A stretch of 64,000 bases of DNA from an uncultured bacterium (GCA_963707655.1 OY970172.1:544001-608000), one strand, 5' to 3'; positions 32,801 through 38,168 are shown, counted from the stretch's first letter. Notes: generated from the letters alone by a model not told the origin. Program-made: numbers and translations.

Positions 32801-33919
32801 GGTACTGGTTAAAACATATCCAGGATTCAATTGACCGGTTGACGCACTTTGCAGAGCGCTTGTTGGTGATGTGCCGCCAACTACCGGTGCATAGGGAGTA
32901 AAGCTAATATCGCCGGTGCCGCCATTTGCAACCGCTACCGGTACCGTTAAATTAACCACAGGATTCATTGTTGGTGTTCCCGTTATAGTTATTCCGGTGC
33001 CGCCGGTTACTGAATTTACCGTTCCTCCTACCGTTGGCGAAAGCCAGATGGGCAAAGCAGAAGCGCCTTGGCTCGTTAAAATGTAGCCCGTGGTGCCGGG
33101 TGTGATAGAAGTTAAAGATCCGGAAGCGTTACCAACTTGCACCGCATTAAGTGTAGTACCTGAAACACTTACCGTTAATGTCGATCCTGAGCCCGACGTG
33201 GTTATATTATTACCGTTGCCAGATATAGTTACAATGCTTCCCGTTACTAATGAACCTGAATTTCCCATAATAGCGCTAATGCCGCCTGTACCCCCGCCGG
33301 GTAAAGAACCCAATTGGCCATCAGGGTTAACCACGACAAAATCAAGAGGGCCCGCAGGACTGACTCCATATATATTGCCTAATGTGAGGGTTCCGATGTT
33401 ACTTGAACCGACAGATAGATCATCAATAGTTGCTCCTCCATTTACCACTAAACCGGGTCTATTATCCTGACTATTGATACTGACCGGACCATAGGTGGTT
33501 AAGTGGTTTTGCACTACCAAGGAATCAAGCACACGCAAGCTTGCAACCGCTGCTCTGTGTGGCTCTTTTTGTAGGAGCTCATATTCTGTTTTCAATTGTT
33601 GTGCAAGCCGATCAGCCTGCCAATCATCCGCAGTTTTCTGCTCAAGCAGAATAAGAGCGCTGTTGAGCGCATCGGATAACACCGTATCATCCATGCTTTC
33701 ATCGCGCAGAAGTAAAGCATGTACATTTTGTAATGATTCATCACATTCAATATTTTGATCAATAACAAAAACAAAAAAACTGACAAGAGCATCGCGTGCG
33801 GATTCAGCAGCAGGACATGTATCAGAGGTTAGTAATGTTTCGACTTCATAAGGCTGCTGCTCTACGTATGTTGTATGACTGAATAATAAAATGGTAAAAA
33901 AAAGACACATTTTTTTCAT
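11819..33919 (-). CDS. Giant (~7,370 aa) repetitive fibre/adhesin-like protein with C-terminal peptidase S74-like chaperone
   Basis: Uninterrupted ORF; likely start MKKMCLFFTILLFS (signal peptide); G/T/S/A-rich repeats; C-terminal SSRRHKDNIQPL...PVQFTYK...QYGLIAEDV..IYPELV...VRYSQL plus coiled coil. Confidence 0.9.
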   Translation of the reverse strand: MKKMCLFFTILLFSHTTYVEQQPYEVETLLTSDTCPAAESARDALVSFFVFVIDQNIECDESLQNVHALLLRDESMDDTVLSDALNSALILLEQKTADDWQADRLAQQLKTEYELLQKEPHRAAVASLRVLDSLVVQNHLTTYGPVSINSQDNRPGLVVNGGATIDDLSVGSSNIGTLTLGNIYGVSPAGPLDFVVVNPDGQLGSLPGGGTGGISAIMGNSGSLVTGSIVTISGNGNNITTSGSGSTLTVSVSGTTLNAVQVGNASGSLTSITPGTTGYILTSQGASALPIWLSPTVGGTVNSVTGGTGITITGTPTMNPVVNLTVPVAVANGGTGDISFTPYAPVVGGTSPTSALQSASTGQLNPGYVLTSTGSTSLPTWQPVSSSGAVTSVNAGNNISITGTQTAPVVNVAGTTTNAVQIGNSSGSLTSLALGTNGQVLLGATGAAPAFAALTSTGDTLTFTPGVNSLNIDVTQPLSVSYGGTGLTSIPQYSLVAGNGTSAVATIAPSSTSGIPLISNGVAAQPSFGTAVVAGGGTGETSFTSYAPIVGGTTGTGALQSASAGQSNVNYVFTSTGSSSVPTWQPVSSSGAVTTVVGGTGINITGTTNSPVVNLTSPVSVIHGGTGLSSLTAHNLLVGEGTAQVALIAPGTAGQVLMSNGANVDPSFGTATVPGGGTGETSFTAHSILLGEGTSNIASTGPGNAGQILVAAGPSADPAFVTPTVGTGLSLSSNSTTLQYSLSIPVAIASGGTNATSMSNTDGVVYFDGTKLNTTNVGLADYVLTSNGAGNAPSFQPVSTIGVVTMVNAGNNISITGTAISPVVNVANTTTNAVQVGSPNGALHSLPLGTNGQVLLGATGTAPAFAALTSTGGTLTFTPGTNSLSIDVTAPLSVSYGGTGLTSIPQYSLVAGNGTSAVATIAPSSTSGIPLISNGVAAQPSFGTAVVAGGGTGETSFTSYAPIVGGTTGTGALQSASTGQSNVNYVFTSTGSSSVPTWQPVSASGAVTTVVGGTGINITGTTNSPVVNLTSPVSVIHGGTGLSSLTAHNLLVGEGTAQVALIAPGTAGQVLMSNGANVDPSFGVATVPGGGTGETSFTAHSILLGEGTSNIASTGPGNAGQILVAAGPSADPAFVTPTVGTGLSLSSNSTTLQYSLSIPVAIASGGTNATSMSNTDGVVYFDGTKLNTTNVGLADYVLTSNGAGNAPSFQPVSTIGVVTMVNAGNNISITGTAISPVVNVANTTTNAVQVGSPNGALHSLPLGTNGQVLLGATGTAPAFAALTSIGGTLTFTPGVNSLNIDVAEPLSVSYGGTGLTSIPQYSLVAGNGTSAVATIAPSSTSGIPLISNGVAAQPSFGTAVVAGGGTGETSFTSYAPIVGGTTGTGALQSASTGQSNVNYVFTSTGSSSVPTWQPVSASGAVTTVVGGTGINITGTTNSPVVNLTSPVSVIHGGTGLSSLAAHNLLVGEGTAQVALIAPGTAGQVLMSNGASADPSFGTATVPGGGTGQTSFTAHSVLLGEGASSIASAGPGNAGQILVAAGASADPAFVTPTVGTGLSLSSNSTTLQYSLSVPVAIASGGTNATSMANTDGVVYFDGTKLNTTAVGTTNYVLTSNGAGNAPSFQAVSTSGAVTAVNQGNNISITGTTTSPVVNVAGTTTNAVQIGSSNGALHSLSLGTSGQVLTSNGSGNSPSWQSFSITGDTGGALTGNSFTFTGGTTGLKFNGTGTTETLGGTLAVSNGGTGTINFAPYAPVIGGVTTQGALQSASTGQLIAGSVFTSNGSGLAPTWEPVSASGAVTSVTGGNGINITGTATSPVINLTSPVSIANGGTNAKSFSSPYGIVYYNGTQLVTADTGPASSVLASNGAGNSPSSVSFSSSDIPDTLVLRDGSGNFAANTIMADTINLNPVSGNAITVNGNDFTVDYQGNTNIAGDVTLTNPVGTLQLPAGTHAAPSLTFTGNTNSGLSASASALSFNTNGVERMGITTGGTVYIDGFATAGVVHNDASGNLSSSLIVNADIAVNAAIANGKLATLTTPGLVANSATTATSTNTANAIVSRDASGNFSAGTITASLVGNVTGAASLNVLKAGDTMTGNLNMALQNAIRLQDGTGTGNYVGLNAPATVPTSYTVSFPSTPPTANQILQANPSTPTNLQWVSQSGSTSPTSSRIIYVSTYGNDTTGNGSFTYPYASLAKAVTVANAISTITDPVVISIAAGTYTENNSAGPITITASGVSVVGESAISTIIVPTTLSNDLLAATVNSRFIELTLNSGGASTANGIALSGSGNTSSLSAVQLLNFGTGILCAGTDSTYALDYCIFRENGTGLSINDATVFCVGCGIQGTITGSPANVGLNATGSGATIIYQSGVVQNCTTGVTLTNNADINILATAFSNNLYDVVQSGAAQSVLDGCTFQINEPGSLDIQVSGAGTQANIIACYFDGRDSSGNPQGTAIIITDEASAGMKSTRIQNYITGIQIGNPGDTASTTLIAAAVGVFTSTTDLVQNGTATVNFTAGTLSSSAISVNNSTNVTLAYFDQSNNNALSIGHFSDTDTPLVAASLGSANNPEIAYNSSLYSTQAIGYQNQMTSPASLFVLSAAPATLTAITTDRTQIAGVRLVSDEGTPVGGTTALRGWDIEKIGSGAQLAFNYQNSDTVGQSAIPEYTLMQLDGVANQLQLPNTSPSAPTKIVFGGDTYLYRNSANTLETSGNFIVGTLNPSTATITNASNELASSITTATELSYLSGTTSSVQTQLNGKVSKAGDTMTGTLQLPAGSTSAPSLTFTGNTNSGLSASASALSFDTNGLERMAISNGGTISIDGFTSAGVVHNDASGNLSSSLIVNADISNTAAIANGKLATLTTPGLVANSATTATNTNTPNAIVSRDSSGNFSAGTITANLIGTVTGTASGDLPLTGGTLTGTLVLPAGSSSVPSLQFTGSTNTGLSAPSTNTLSFDVNGSEAMNINSSGQVTIDDLSSVGVVHNSAAGLLSTSLIVDADITTATITNDKLADISSSNVPGDIVVRDNSGDFATNMITIAGTPSANTDVATVAYVNSVVGTGIVVHTPAEVVGVTNYSPYGEQTIDGVALASGNRVLLTDQTTPVENGLWVAAVGAGSPWYRPTDFANGSEAGNAYVLILEGTNYAGSSWLCSTPLATIGTSPIFFQEFSLPSQVQGANVGSGTGQIYQGKTGLTLNFRTIFGDPYIAVTTSPTAVSITSDATPLNTDSTIVARDSSGNFAAGTITAANMTVTGNETVGGTLGVTGITTLNNTLNLTLQNAIDLQDSTGSGNYVGLKAPTTVPTSYTLSLPSTLPTANQILEASPSIPTNLQWVSQSGSTSPTSSRTIYVATFGNDTTGNGSFAYPYASLAKAVGVANAIATITDPVVISIAAGTYTENNSAGPLAITANGISITGAAAQATIVMPNTLSNDFISAVASTQITQLTFATAGTSSAAALTFSGSNNLFYISSLKIVGFQTAISCAGTNTQNFIDDCFLANNGTGILCNNAAIASNGCFIVGSETSIANTGISGTGSSARLLFATCSIQNCATGVTLTNSADINILATVFSNNMYDVVQSGAAESVLDGCTFQINEPGSFDIQVSGAGTQANIIACYFDGRDSSGNPQGTAVAVTGEGTINIDGCTIQNYITGLQVGATSNTDTASTSLTASSVVILDSLTNDIAQYGTSSILFTAGSASDDTFAINNSTNLTFAFFDLDDAGALAIGNYSNTSTRLLEVALSTADDHVLMYEPSLYSTQAIGYQNYEASPSSLFMLSQANANLTAITTDRTKTAGVRLVSDEGTPVGGTTALRGWDINKLGTGAQLAFNYQNSDTVGQAAIPEYTLMQLDGVANQLQLPNISPSAPTKIVFGGDTYLYRNSANTLETSGNFIVGTLNPSTATITNASNELASSITTATELSYLSGTTSSVQTQLNNKLSLTGGTMTGTLTLPAGSTSAPSLTFTGSAGTGLSANTGALNFSTSGSQRMGISSGGTVSIAGFTSPGVVHNDASGNLTSSLIVNADIASNAAIANGKLATLVTPGLVANSATTATNLDTPNAIVSRDASGNFSAGTITASLIGNVTGAASLNVLKAGDTMTGNLNMALQNAIRLQDGTGSANYVGLNAPATVPTSYTLSLPAALPTANQILQANSLTPTNLQWTNIGGDISPSVGRSIYVAEFGNDTTGNGSFVYPYASLAKAVSVANTLSTATNPILIIVGAGTYTENNSAGPITVTAAGISIVGASANSTFIIANTLSQNLIATTTGTRFIELTFEAIGSSTAAGIALSGTANTSSFSNVRVLNFQTGISCGGTNSTYLLNYCLLTGNGTGLSINAVTVFCNNCSITGSAASIANTGLSATGSTAAVLLAGGIIQNCATGVSLSNGADFNTRGAGFRNNTNSVLQASSSTAQISACTFQINPDSGISIQASGAGTITEIIGCYFNGLNALGSPQGTAIQVTGEATAMISSAQIIDYITGIRDGLSSDTSSTSVLVTSTDLANQTNDVIQNGSTTLDLSAGTANSDKISINNSANVSLAYFDQEDNSIVIGNLSNVANTLVEVANGDTNNPAIIYNPSIYSTEAIGYQNQATSPASLFVLSENNVSLTAITTNRTDVAGLRLVSDEGATVGGTSALRGWDINKIGGSDAKLTFSYQNSDTGDGAAVIPEYIVMELDGVNNQLQLPNTATEIVLGGDTYLYRSAANTLETTGNMVVGGSLTVTPLAAHGVLVGEASNPIVAVGPGSAGQLLLAAGASADPAFVTPTAGTGLTVTSNASTLQYALSTPVSIANGGTGATSFSSPDGVVYYNGTKLVTTNAGTANYVLTSNGSGNAPTFQPVSASGAITTIDGNSGSVSGSTVTIEGGNNITTSGSGSTLTVNVSGTTTNAVQVGSPNGALHSLPVGTNGQVLLGATGAYPAFGTLTSTSGTISYTTGANSLSIDLVPVTVAHGGTGATTLTQYDVLVGNGTSAITTVAPSAATGVPLISNGSAANPSFGTASVAGGGTGATSFNTNGVVISGTTGASALSSLSLTNGQVVIGSTGAAPAAATLTPGTGISIANAANSITIAASGAVPTTFTENSGTATPASNNLNIIGSPTQGITTAGSGSTVTITGINATSTQKGIASFSPTNFAVTNGNVTSKNFTITAGTGLTGGGPLTLGGSTTISLSTPVSVANGGTGLPTLTAHNVLLGEGTSNVGFVAPGSAGIPLISNGASSDPIFGTATVPGGGTGDTSFTAYAPITGGSTSTGNLQSASSGQSNVGYVLTSTGTTSLPTWQAVTAGGGIVTSVSAGNNIAITGTATAPIVNVAGTTPNAVQVGSPDGALHSLPVGSNGQVLIGATGAYPAFGTLTSTSGTISYTTGANSLSIDLVPVTVAHGGTGATTLTQYDVLVGNGTSAITTVAPSAATGVPLISNGSAANPSFGTASVAGGGTGATSFNTNGVVISGTTGASALSSLSLTNGQVVIGSTGAAPAAATLTPGTGISIANAANSITIAASGAVPTTFTENSGTATPASNNLNIIGSPTQGITTAGSGSTVTITGINATSTQKGIASFSPTNFAVTNGNVTSKNFTITAGTGLTGGGPLTLGGSTTISLSTPVSVANGGTGLPTLTAHNVLLGEGTSNVGFVAPGSAGIPLISNGASSDPIFGTATVPGGGTGDTSFTAYAPITGGSTSTGNLQSASSGQSNVGYVLTSTGTTSLPTWQAVTAGGGIVTSVSAGNNIAITGTATAPIVNVAGTTPNAVQVGSPDGALHSLPVGSNGQVLIGATGAYPAFGTLTSTSGTISYTTGANSLSIDLVPVTVAHGGTGATTLTQYDVLVGNGTSAITTVAPSAATGVPLISNGSAANPSFGTASVAGGGTGATSFNTNGVVISGTTGASALSSLSLTNGQVVIGSTGAAPAAATLTPGTGISIANAANSITIAASGAVPTTFTENSGTATPASNNLNIIGSPTQGITTAGSGSTVTISGINATSTQKGIASFNLTEFTVALGAVTSNPFTITAGTGLTGGGTLNLGGSTTISLSTPVSVANGGTGLPTLTAHNVLLGEGTSNVGFVAPGSAGIPLISNGASSDPIFGTATVPGGGTGDTSFTAYAPITGGSTSTGNLQSASSGQSNVGYVLTSTGTTSLPTWQAVTAGGGIVTSVSAGNNIAITGTATAPIVNVAGTTPNAVQVGSPDGALHSLPVGTNGQVLIGATGAYPAFGTLTSTSGTISYTTGANSLSIDLVPVTVAHGGTGATTLTQYDVLVGNGTSAITTVAPSATTGVPLISNGSAANPSFGTASVAGGGTGATTLTGVLIGNGTSAVTGNPVTQYDVLVGGTSNTINSITPSSTAGVPLISNGGSANPAFGTAVVAGGGTGATSFTANSVVISGATPTSALSGIQLSNGQLVIGSTGGAPAAASLTAGTGVTITPGSHSITIATSGSVPITFDGDIGAATPSSGVITFNANSNAGSTVKFSGSGSTIDLLVTSPTTKSTFIGLAAGNNSSPSSVNNTAVGYAALNSNTGSGNTAMGYEALLSNTTGSGNTAVGYSTMTSNTGGGNTAIGYAALNNNNTGSSNTAVGYASLFSNTTGSSNVAIGNNALQNNVGSNNVALGYQAGLALTTGSNNIDIGNGGVAAESNTTRIGTQGTQTSCYISGITGVTTANTNIATINSSTGQLGATNTVSVANGGTGQTSFTPYAPIIAGATSTSALLSATSGIANSGYVFASTGASTSPTFQSLSSLGAVTSVNGDAGSITPASGIIAFKALSTAGSTVMFSPTNSSTMALYTTSPTLLNTLIGLGAGNSSVTGSDNTGVGYQALNKLASGTDNTAFGYQALSVNTGGSNNTAIGYGALTLNTASNNTAVGTNAMLFNTTGTLNTAIGYNALFVNTTGANNVAVGYNALVANTTGSANVAIGNSALVANTTASNSVAVGNSALAANTAANNTAVGTSALAANSTGTPNTAVGYQALLVNNTGINNVALGYQTLDANTTGSANVAVGNNALGANVTASNSVAIGNNALAANTGSPNTAVGYAALQSNTTGVQNTAIGYETLQANTTGSGNVAEGYQALQANVTSSNNTAIGWQALNKNTASPNSAFGYAALQNNTTGTGDTAIGYETLKANTTGASNTAVGYQALTANTTGADNTAVGYQALKANTTGANNTAIGYNSLTANTTGTENTAIGYQAGAAITTGTNNIAIGYNAGSAMTTGSNNIVIGSTTPVSATTTSIYIGTQGTQTTCFIAGIHGNTTTGTAVDITTSGQLTNPTSSRRHKDNIQPLSATSNQLMQLDPVQFTYKSDDEKRKQYGLIAEDVYEIYPELVVHNLAGEIEAVRYSQLHALLLKGWQEQQQKIELQQQRIEELCKRCLDLEKCVEKMMS
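12310..14440 (-). repeat. Two blocks of ~14-aa NTA(V/I)GY(Q/A)AL..NTTG repeats (YadA-head-like beta-roll)
   Basis: Visible in the translation at about 12310-13540 and 14060-14440. Confidence 0.85.
15045..19280 (-). repeat. ~3.3 near-identical tandem copies of a 1287-bp (429-aa) unit
   Basis: Near-identical shadow ORFs recur at 15354/16641/17928 and 16086/17373/18660 (period 1287). Confidence 0.92.
19800..27420 (-). repeat. Three diverged beta-helix modules separated by stalk segments
   Basis: IYV..(Y/F)GNDTTGNGSF.YPYASLAKAV begins near 27410, 23883 and 21400; each module ends RLVSDEG...ALRGWDI...YLYR.(S/A)ANTLET. Confidence 0.85.
28900..32950 (-). repeat. ~3 near-identical tandem copies of a 1242-bp (414-aa) unit
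   Basis: Near-identical shadow ORFs at 29769/31011/32253 and 30627/31869 (period 1242). Confidence 0.92.
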
Positions 33920-34310
33920 ATATATACTCTCTCTTAATTTTTGATGATCAGCCATTGCTGATTTAATAAAATAAAAAAATAAAAAAAGCAACATTTTGTT
34001 TTGTTGTTTTTTTCAACAATGATGAATAGTATGCTGCTCATAATTTTAGTGCAATGTAGAATTAAAATTTTTCTAAATTATTATTCATTAATTGATAGTG
34101 TTATTGAATCATAATCGTCGCTGTGCTCGCAGCATGGTAAACGCTCTCTCTTTTTCAAGATCGATTTCGTAGCGATTGTACGGTTCCATCAAAACTTATG
34201 ACTCCTTTAGGAAAAAACTTGTATTTTGTTATGCAGCTTCATATTATTATGGGTACTATAAAAAATTTGAGGTACAAGTTATTAAAAATAAAAATAGTAA
34301 GGAGCTTGAT

Positions 34311-34658
34311 ATGAAAAAATTGGTACTGCTTAGCGGCATTCTCGTAAGTTTTTCTGTCTGCGGAATGGATGATGCAGATAAATCAAAAGGAAAGCCATCA
34401 TTCTCTCTTCCTCTTGCGGGATTAACTAAGGCAACAAGTTCTGATGATGCGGCAGCCACGACACCTAAATCTAAATCATTTATAAAAACAACACCGCGAG
34501 AACGATCTGATTCCAATCCTGGTAGTTCTCCTCGATTCCTTGTAGGACGACATCCATCACCGAGTACTGAAAGAGCTATGGCAGAATACGCGATGAAACG
34601 CAAAGGATCTGGTTCAAGCATGGAGCAAAAACCAAGCTCTTCTTCGAGTAATAAATAA
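34311..34658 (+). CDS. Small exported Ser/Pro-rich disordered protein
   Basis: SD AAGGAG; MKKLVLLSGILVSFSVCG-MDD; low complexity; followed by a terminator. Confidence 0.8.
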   Translation: MKKLVLLSGILVSFSVCGMDDADKSKGKPSFSLPLAGLTKATSSDDAAATTPKSKSFIKTTPRERSDSNPGSSPRFLVGRHPSPSTERAMAEYAMKRKGSGSSMEQKPSSSSSNK

Positions 34659-34692
34659 AATATAATCGTCACTAGTTTAAAACATTCAAGAT

Positions 34693-34722
34693 AAAAGCGT
34701 TTGAGAAATCAGGCGCTTTTTT
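34693..34722 (+). terminator. Intrinsic terminator
   Basis: AAAAGCGTTTGA-GAAA-TCAGGCGCTTTTTT. Confidence 0.7.
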
Positions 34723-34825
34723 ATTTTACTGCTTATCCTAAAAACATTTGGTGCTTTTAAAAAGCAGATGATATTTGCTACACTGTACGCAGTCATTAAA
34801 GTGAGATGTTTCCTGAAAGGTGATT

Positions 34826-35515
34826 ATGAAATTTATTTTTGGTAATGCATTGTGGCATTTGATTATGCAATCAGATATGGTGAGCTGGTTGGTGCTCCTT
34901 ACCCTGTTAGGCATGTCTGTTGCATGCTGGACAATATTTTTATACAAATTAGCGATGAATCGCATTAAACAAAAACATATTCAAGAATTAAAGCATAAGT
35001 TGAATGCAGCGCATACTGTTGAGGAACTCATCTTGTTGCAACGAGAATACGCGCGCACCATACCCGGCTATTTTTTGGGAAGCGTTCTTACTACACTTAA
35101 ATGGCAGCTTGAACCCAATGTTGCCGATGCAAAGGCAGCATCTGAAGGCCAGTTGCAAAATATTCAACAACATATGTATCAAGTAATTGACGACCTGGTG
35201 CATCATGAAGAATCATATATTTCATTTCTTTCTACAAGCGCCGCCGTCGCCCCTCTTTTAGGGTTATTTGGTACAGTCTGGGGCCTTGTGCATGCATTTA
35301 TTGGCATCAGCGAAAAACAGGCTGCAGATATTGCGGCCGTGGCTCCGGGGATTGCGCAGGCATTAACCACCACATTGGCCGGTTTAATGGTGGCGATTCC
35401 CGCCTTTGTTATGTTCAATTATCTTAACGCGCAGGTGCGTGGTTTTGAGCAGAAATTATATGCGTTGAATGATAAAGTAAATTTGCTCATTCAGCGTTTC
35501 TTTTTTGTACGTTAG
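34826..35515 (+). CDS. tolQ: TolQ/ExbB/MotA proton channel
   Basis: APLLGLFGTVWG, VAPGIAQALTTT.AGL.VAIPA. Confidence 0.92.
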   Translation: MKFIFGNALWHLIMQSDMVSWLVLLTLLGMSVACWTIFLYKLAMNRIKQKHIQELKHKLNAAHTVEELILLQREYARTIPGYFLGSVLTTLKWQLEPNVADAKAASEGQLQNIQQHMYQVIDDLVHHEESYISFLSTSAAVAPLLGLFGTVWGLVHAFIGISEKQAADIAAVAPGIAQALTTTLAGLMVAIPAFVMFNYLNAQVRGFEQKLYALNDKVNLLIQRFFFVR

Positions 35516-35522
35516 GAGATAC

Positions 35523-35939
35523 ATGATGAGTCATTCGCCCTATAAAAGAAGACGCGCGCGTCCGAGTTCGCAAGAAATTAGTTTAACACCGTTAATTGAT
35601 ACGGCTCTTACCCTGTTAATTATTTTTATGGTTACTACTCCCATGATGCATAACGCTATCAAAGTGAATTTGCCTCAAGGTAAATCTAATGAAGCTGGGG
35701 GACAGCAAGAATTGGTTGTCTATCTTACGTCAGATGAACAGCTTTTTTTTAATGGAATTCCTGTAACAAAAGACAATCTTGTTTCTACCGTGCAAAACGT
35801 AGTTAGCAAGCAAGCCGGGCGACCGGTGTTTGTTAAAGCCGATGAAAAAGTAAACTATGGGGCCGTTATGCATGTGGTGAATACATTAAAAATGGTAGGG
35901 GGTATTGAATATGTGGGCATGGCGACCAAACGTGCATAA
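35523..35939 (+). CDS. tolR: TolR/ExbD
   Basis: ISLTPLIDTALTLLIIFMVTTP, IKVNLP, VKADEKVNYG. Confidence 0.92.
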   Translation: MMSHSPYKRRRARPSSQEISLTPLIDTALTLLIIFMVTTPMMHNAIKVNLPQGKSNEAGGQQELVVYLTSDEQLFFNGIPVTKDNLVSTVQNVVSKQAGRPVFVKADEKVNYGAVMHVVNTLKMVGGIEYVGMATKRA

Positions 35940-36744
35940 AAAATATCTGGTTCACACGCACCTTGTCTTGGCAATCGCAGGAGCTCATCTCCTGCTTTTA
36001 TTGCCCTGCTTTTTATTGGAACAGAGTGCACCGGTATATCATATACATATTAATAAAAGCATTATGGATAGCTCGCTGCCCATTATTTTTTTGCCATTCC
36101 AAGAAAAGGCTTTTGTGCAATCAAGTGCGCACGCTCCTGCTACAAAAAAAGCTTCTGCCCCCAAGCAAGCAATCAAAGCGGTAAAACAAGAAGCAGTTAA
36201 AGCTAAAAAAATAAAAGCTGCAGAAAAAGTTAGATTCTCACAGAATGAAAAAAAGCAGGAACAGAAAAAAGCTAAACCGGCGCCTGTTGTTGAAAAGAAA
36301 ATTGCAGCCAAGCCGATAGAAAAAATAAAGCCAAAAAAAATTGAGCAAAAAATAGCAGCTCAAGAAGAAAAACAGAAAAAAGAAATCCCCGAAGCAAAAA
36401 CAGTTACCGCGCAGCAAGCAAAAGCTGAAGAGACAAAAGAATTATCTACCGCCATTGATGCTTTATATGTTGGAAGAGCCGATCTTGACCAGTTGACCGT
36501 ACAACATGCAATACACAATGTATTTGCCGCTCATTGGCAACCGCCTATCGGATTATCTCCCGATCTTGCCTGCCATATTAAATTTATGGTGAATGCAAAA
36601 GGGGAAGTGCAAGAGATCGTAATGCTCGAGTCCTCCGGCGTGCTCATTTACGATATCGCTGTGCAAAACGCGCTACGTGAAAGCTCGCTACATTTGCCCG
36701 TCTGCGCGTACGGAAAAGAATTTTGCATAACATTTACACAGTAA
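35932..36744 (+). CDS. tolA: TolA/TonB-like energy transducer
   Basis: N-terminal TM with His, K/E/A-rich linker, C-terminal HWQPP...ESSG..IYD.AV..A domain; lies between tolR and tolB; GTG start assumed. Confidence 0.8.
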   Translation: MHKKYLVHTHLVLAIAGAHLLLLLPCFLLEQSAPVYHIHINKSIMDSSLPIIFLPFQEKAFVQSSAHAPATKKASAPKQAIKAVKQEAVKAKKIKAAEKVRFSQNEKKQEQKKAKPAPVVEKKIAAKPIEKIKPKKIEQKIAAQEEKQKKEIPEAKTVTAQQAKAEETKELSTAIDALYVGRADLDQLTVQHAIHNVFAAHWQPPIGLSPDLACHIKFMVNAKGEVQEIVMLESSGVLIYDIAVQNALRESSLHLPVCAYGKEFCITFTQ

Positions 36745-36759
36745 TAAAAAGGAACACCC

Positions 36760-38063
36760 ATGCAATGGTTTAAGAATAAGATAGAAAAAACATATGCGCT
36801 GTTTATTTTCTTTAGCCTTTTCTCTTCTGTTACGGCATTTGAAGTAAATGTCCGCTCAACGGGAAATAAAAAAATACCATTATTGGTAGCAATCATTGCA
36901 GAGCCATCTCGCTATGAAGAATTGCATGAAATTGGCGCCATTGTAAAAAATGATTTTGAATTCAGAAAACAGTTTGATATCACTATAAGAAAAATGCCGG
37001 CTGAATTAACAAAAAGTGCCATTGGCGCATTACACAAAGAAGGCTTTCCGCTCATCTTGTTTTTAAATCAGGATTCAGATACGACTATTGCATGGCGTTT
37101 GTATGGCACCCAACCCGTTGCCATGATGAAGGGGAAGAAGTATCTCAAACAGGGTAAAGAATTGCGTGGCTGGGCACATGGTATTTCTGATATGATTTGG
37201 CCAATCTTGACCGGTCAGGATGGTTTTTTTTCTACTAAAATTGCCTATTGCAAAGAAGAAGTGCTGCGCAACAATCGCTATGGCAAACATATTTATGTTG
37301 CTGATTACGATGGTGCCAATGCAAAACCTCTGGTAACCACTTTAAATATGAGTGTAGCTCCCCGTTGGAACAGAGATAGCCAAATGCCACTTCTCTTTTA
37401 TTCCGAATGTACTCCTTCAAATGTACGATTGATGGCCGTTGACATGCATAAGAAAAAAAGATTGTTTCAGATTTTGATGGGCTCAACATGTTGCCATCTT
37501 TTTCAAAAGATGGCAAAAGAGTAGTCTATTGTGCATCGCGCGGCGATGGCAATTGCCAAATCTACTATTATGAAAAAGGGACGTTTAAAAAATTAACCCA
37601 TAATGAGGGTAACAATATTTCACCCACGCTTTCAGACGATGGTGATACAATATTTTTCTGTTCTGATTTTCAAACCGGTAGGCCGCAAATTTATTGCTAT
37701 GATATGTCTTCAGAGCAGTTGGAGCAATTGACTGATTCCGGTTATTGCACTTCACCCGCTTATTGCCATCAAAAAAAGCTCTTGGCCTACACAAAAATAG
37801 TAAATGGACAAAATCAACTTTTTCTTTACGACCTTACCACTAAAGAACACCGGCAATTAACATTTGATAATGCTAATAAGGAAGAGTGCTGCTGGTCATC
37901 GTGTGGTACCATGTTGCTATTTGGTGCACGGGAAAGAGACAGCAGTCGCCTTGCTGTGCTTGATTTACTCAGCAACGAACAGCGCTTTATTACCTCTGCG
38001 GGGGATAAATGCAGCTATCCGGCTTGGTCAATGATTTACGGGGAATTTCCGCTGATCAGTTGA
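36760..38063 (+). CDS. tolB: TolB, one frameshift at the A7 run 37453-37459
   Basis: FSTKIAY, IYVADYDG, APRW, then PD40 blades (PSFSKDGKRVVY, PTLSDDG, GRPQIY, YPAWS) in the next frame. Confidence 0.88.
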
Positions 38064-38140
38064 TAATAATGCCCTGAGCAAGCTGCTTTTATAGATGCTC
38101 AAGCGCTTCATCTTGATTGTTCATCGATGCGGTTCAAAAG

Positions 38141-38168
38141 AAAAGGCTGCCAAAGATTTGGCAGCCCC
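38141..38168. terminator. Intrinsic terminator between convergent genes
   Basis: GGCTGCCAAA-GA-TTTGGCAGCC with an A-run on the left. Confidence 0.7.

Noticed and set aside
15045..32950. Diversity-generating retroelement template/variable repeat pair
   Set aside because: No reverse transcriptase in the window; the copies are tandem and coding, with no evident adenine-specific differences.
12697..33792. Dozens of plus-strand and alternative-frame ORFs within the giant gene
   Set aside because: Shadows of Gly/Thr/Ala/Ser codon bias; they recur with the repeat period and have no independent signals.
11819..33919. Prophage interpretation of the tail-fibre-like gene
   Set aside because: No integrase, capsid, terminase or other phage genes nearby, and the protein has a signal-peptide-like start.
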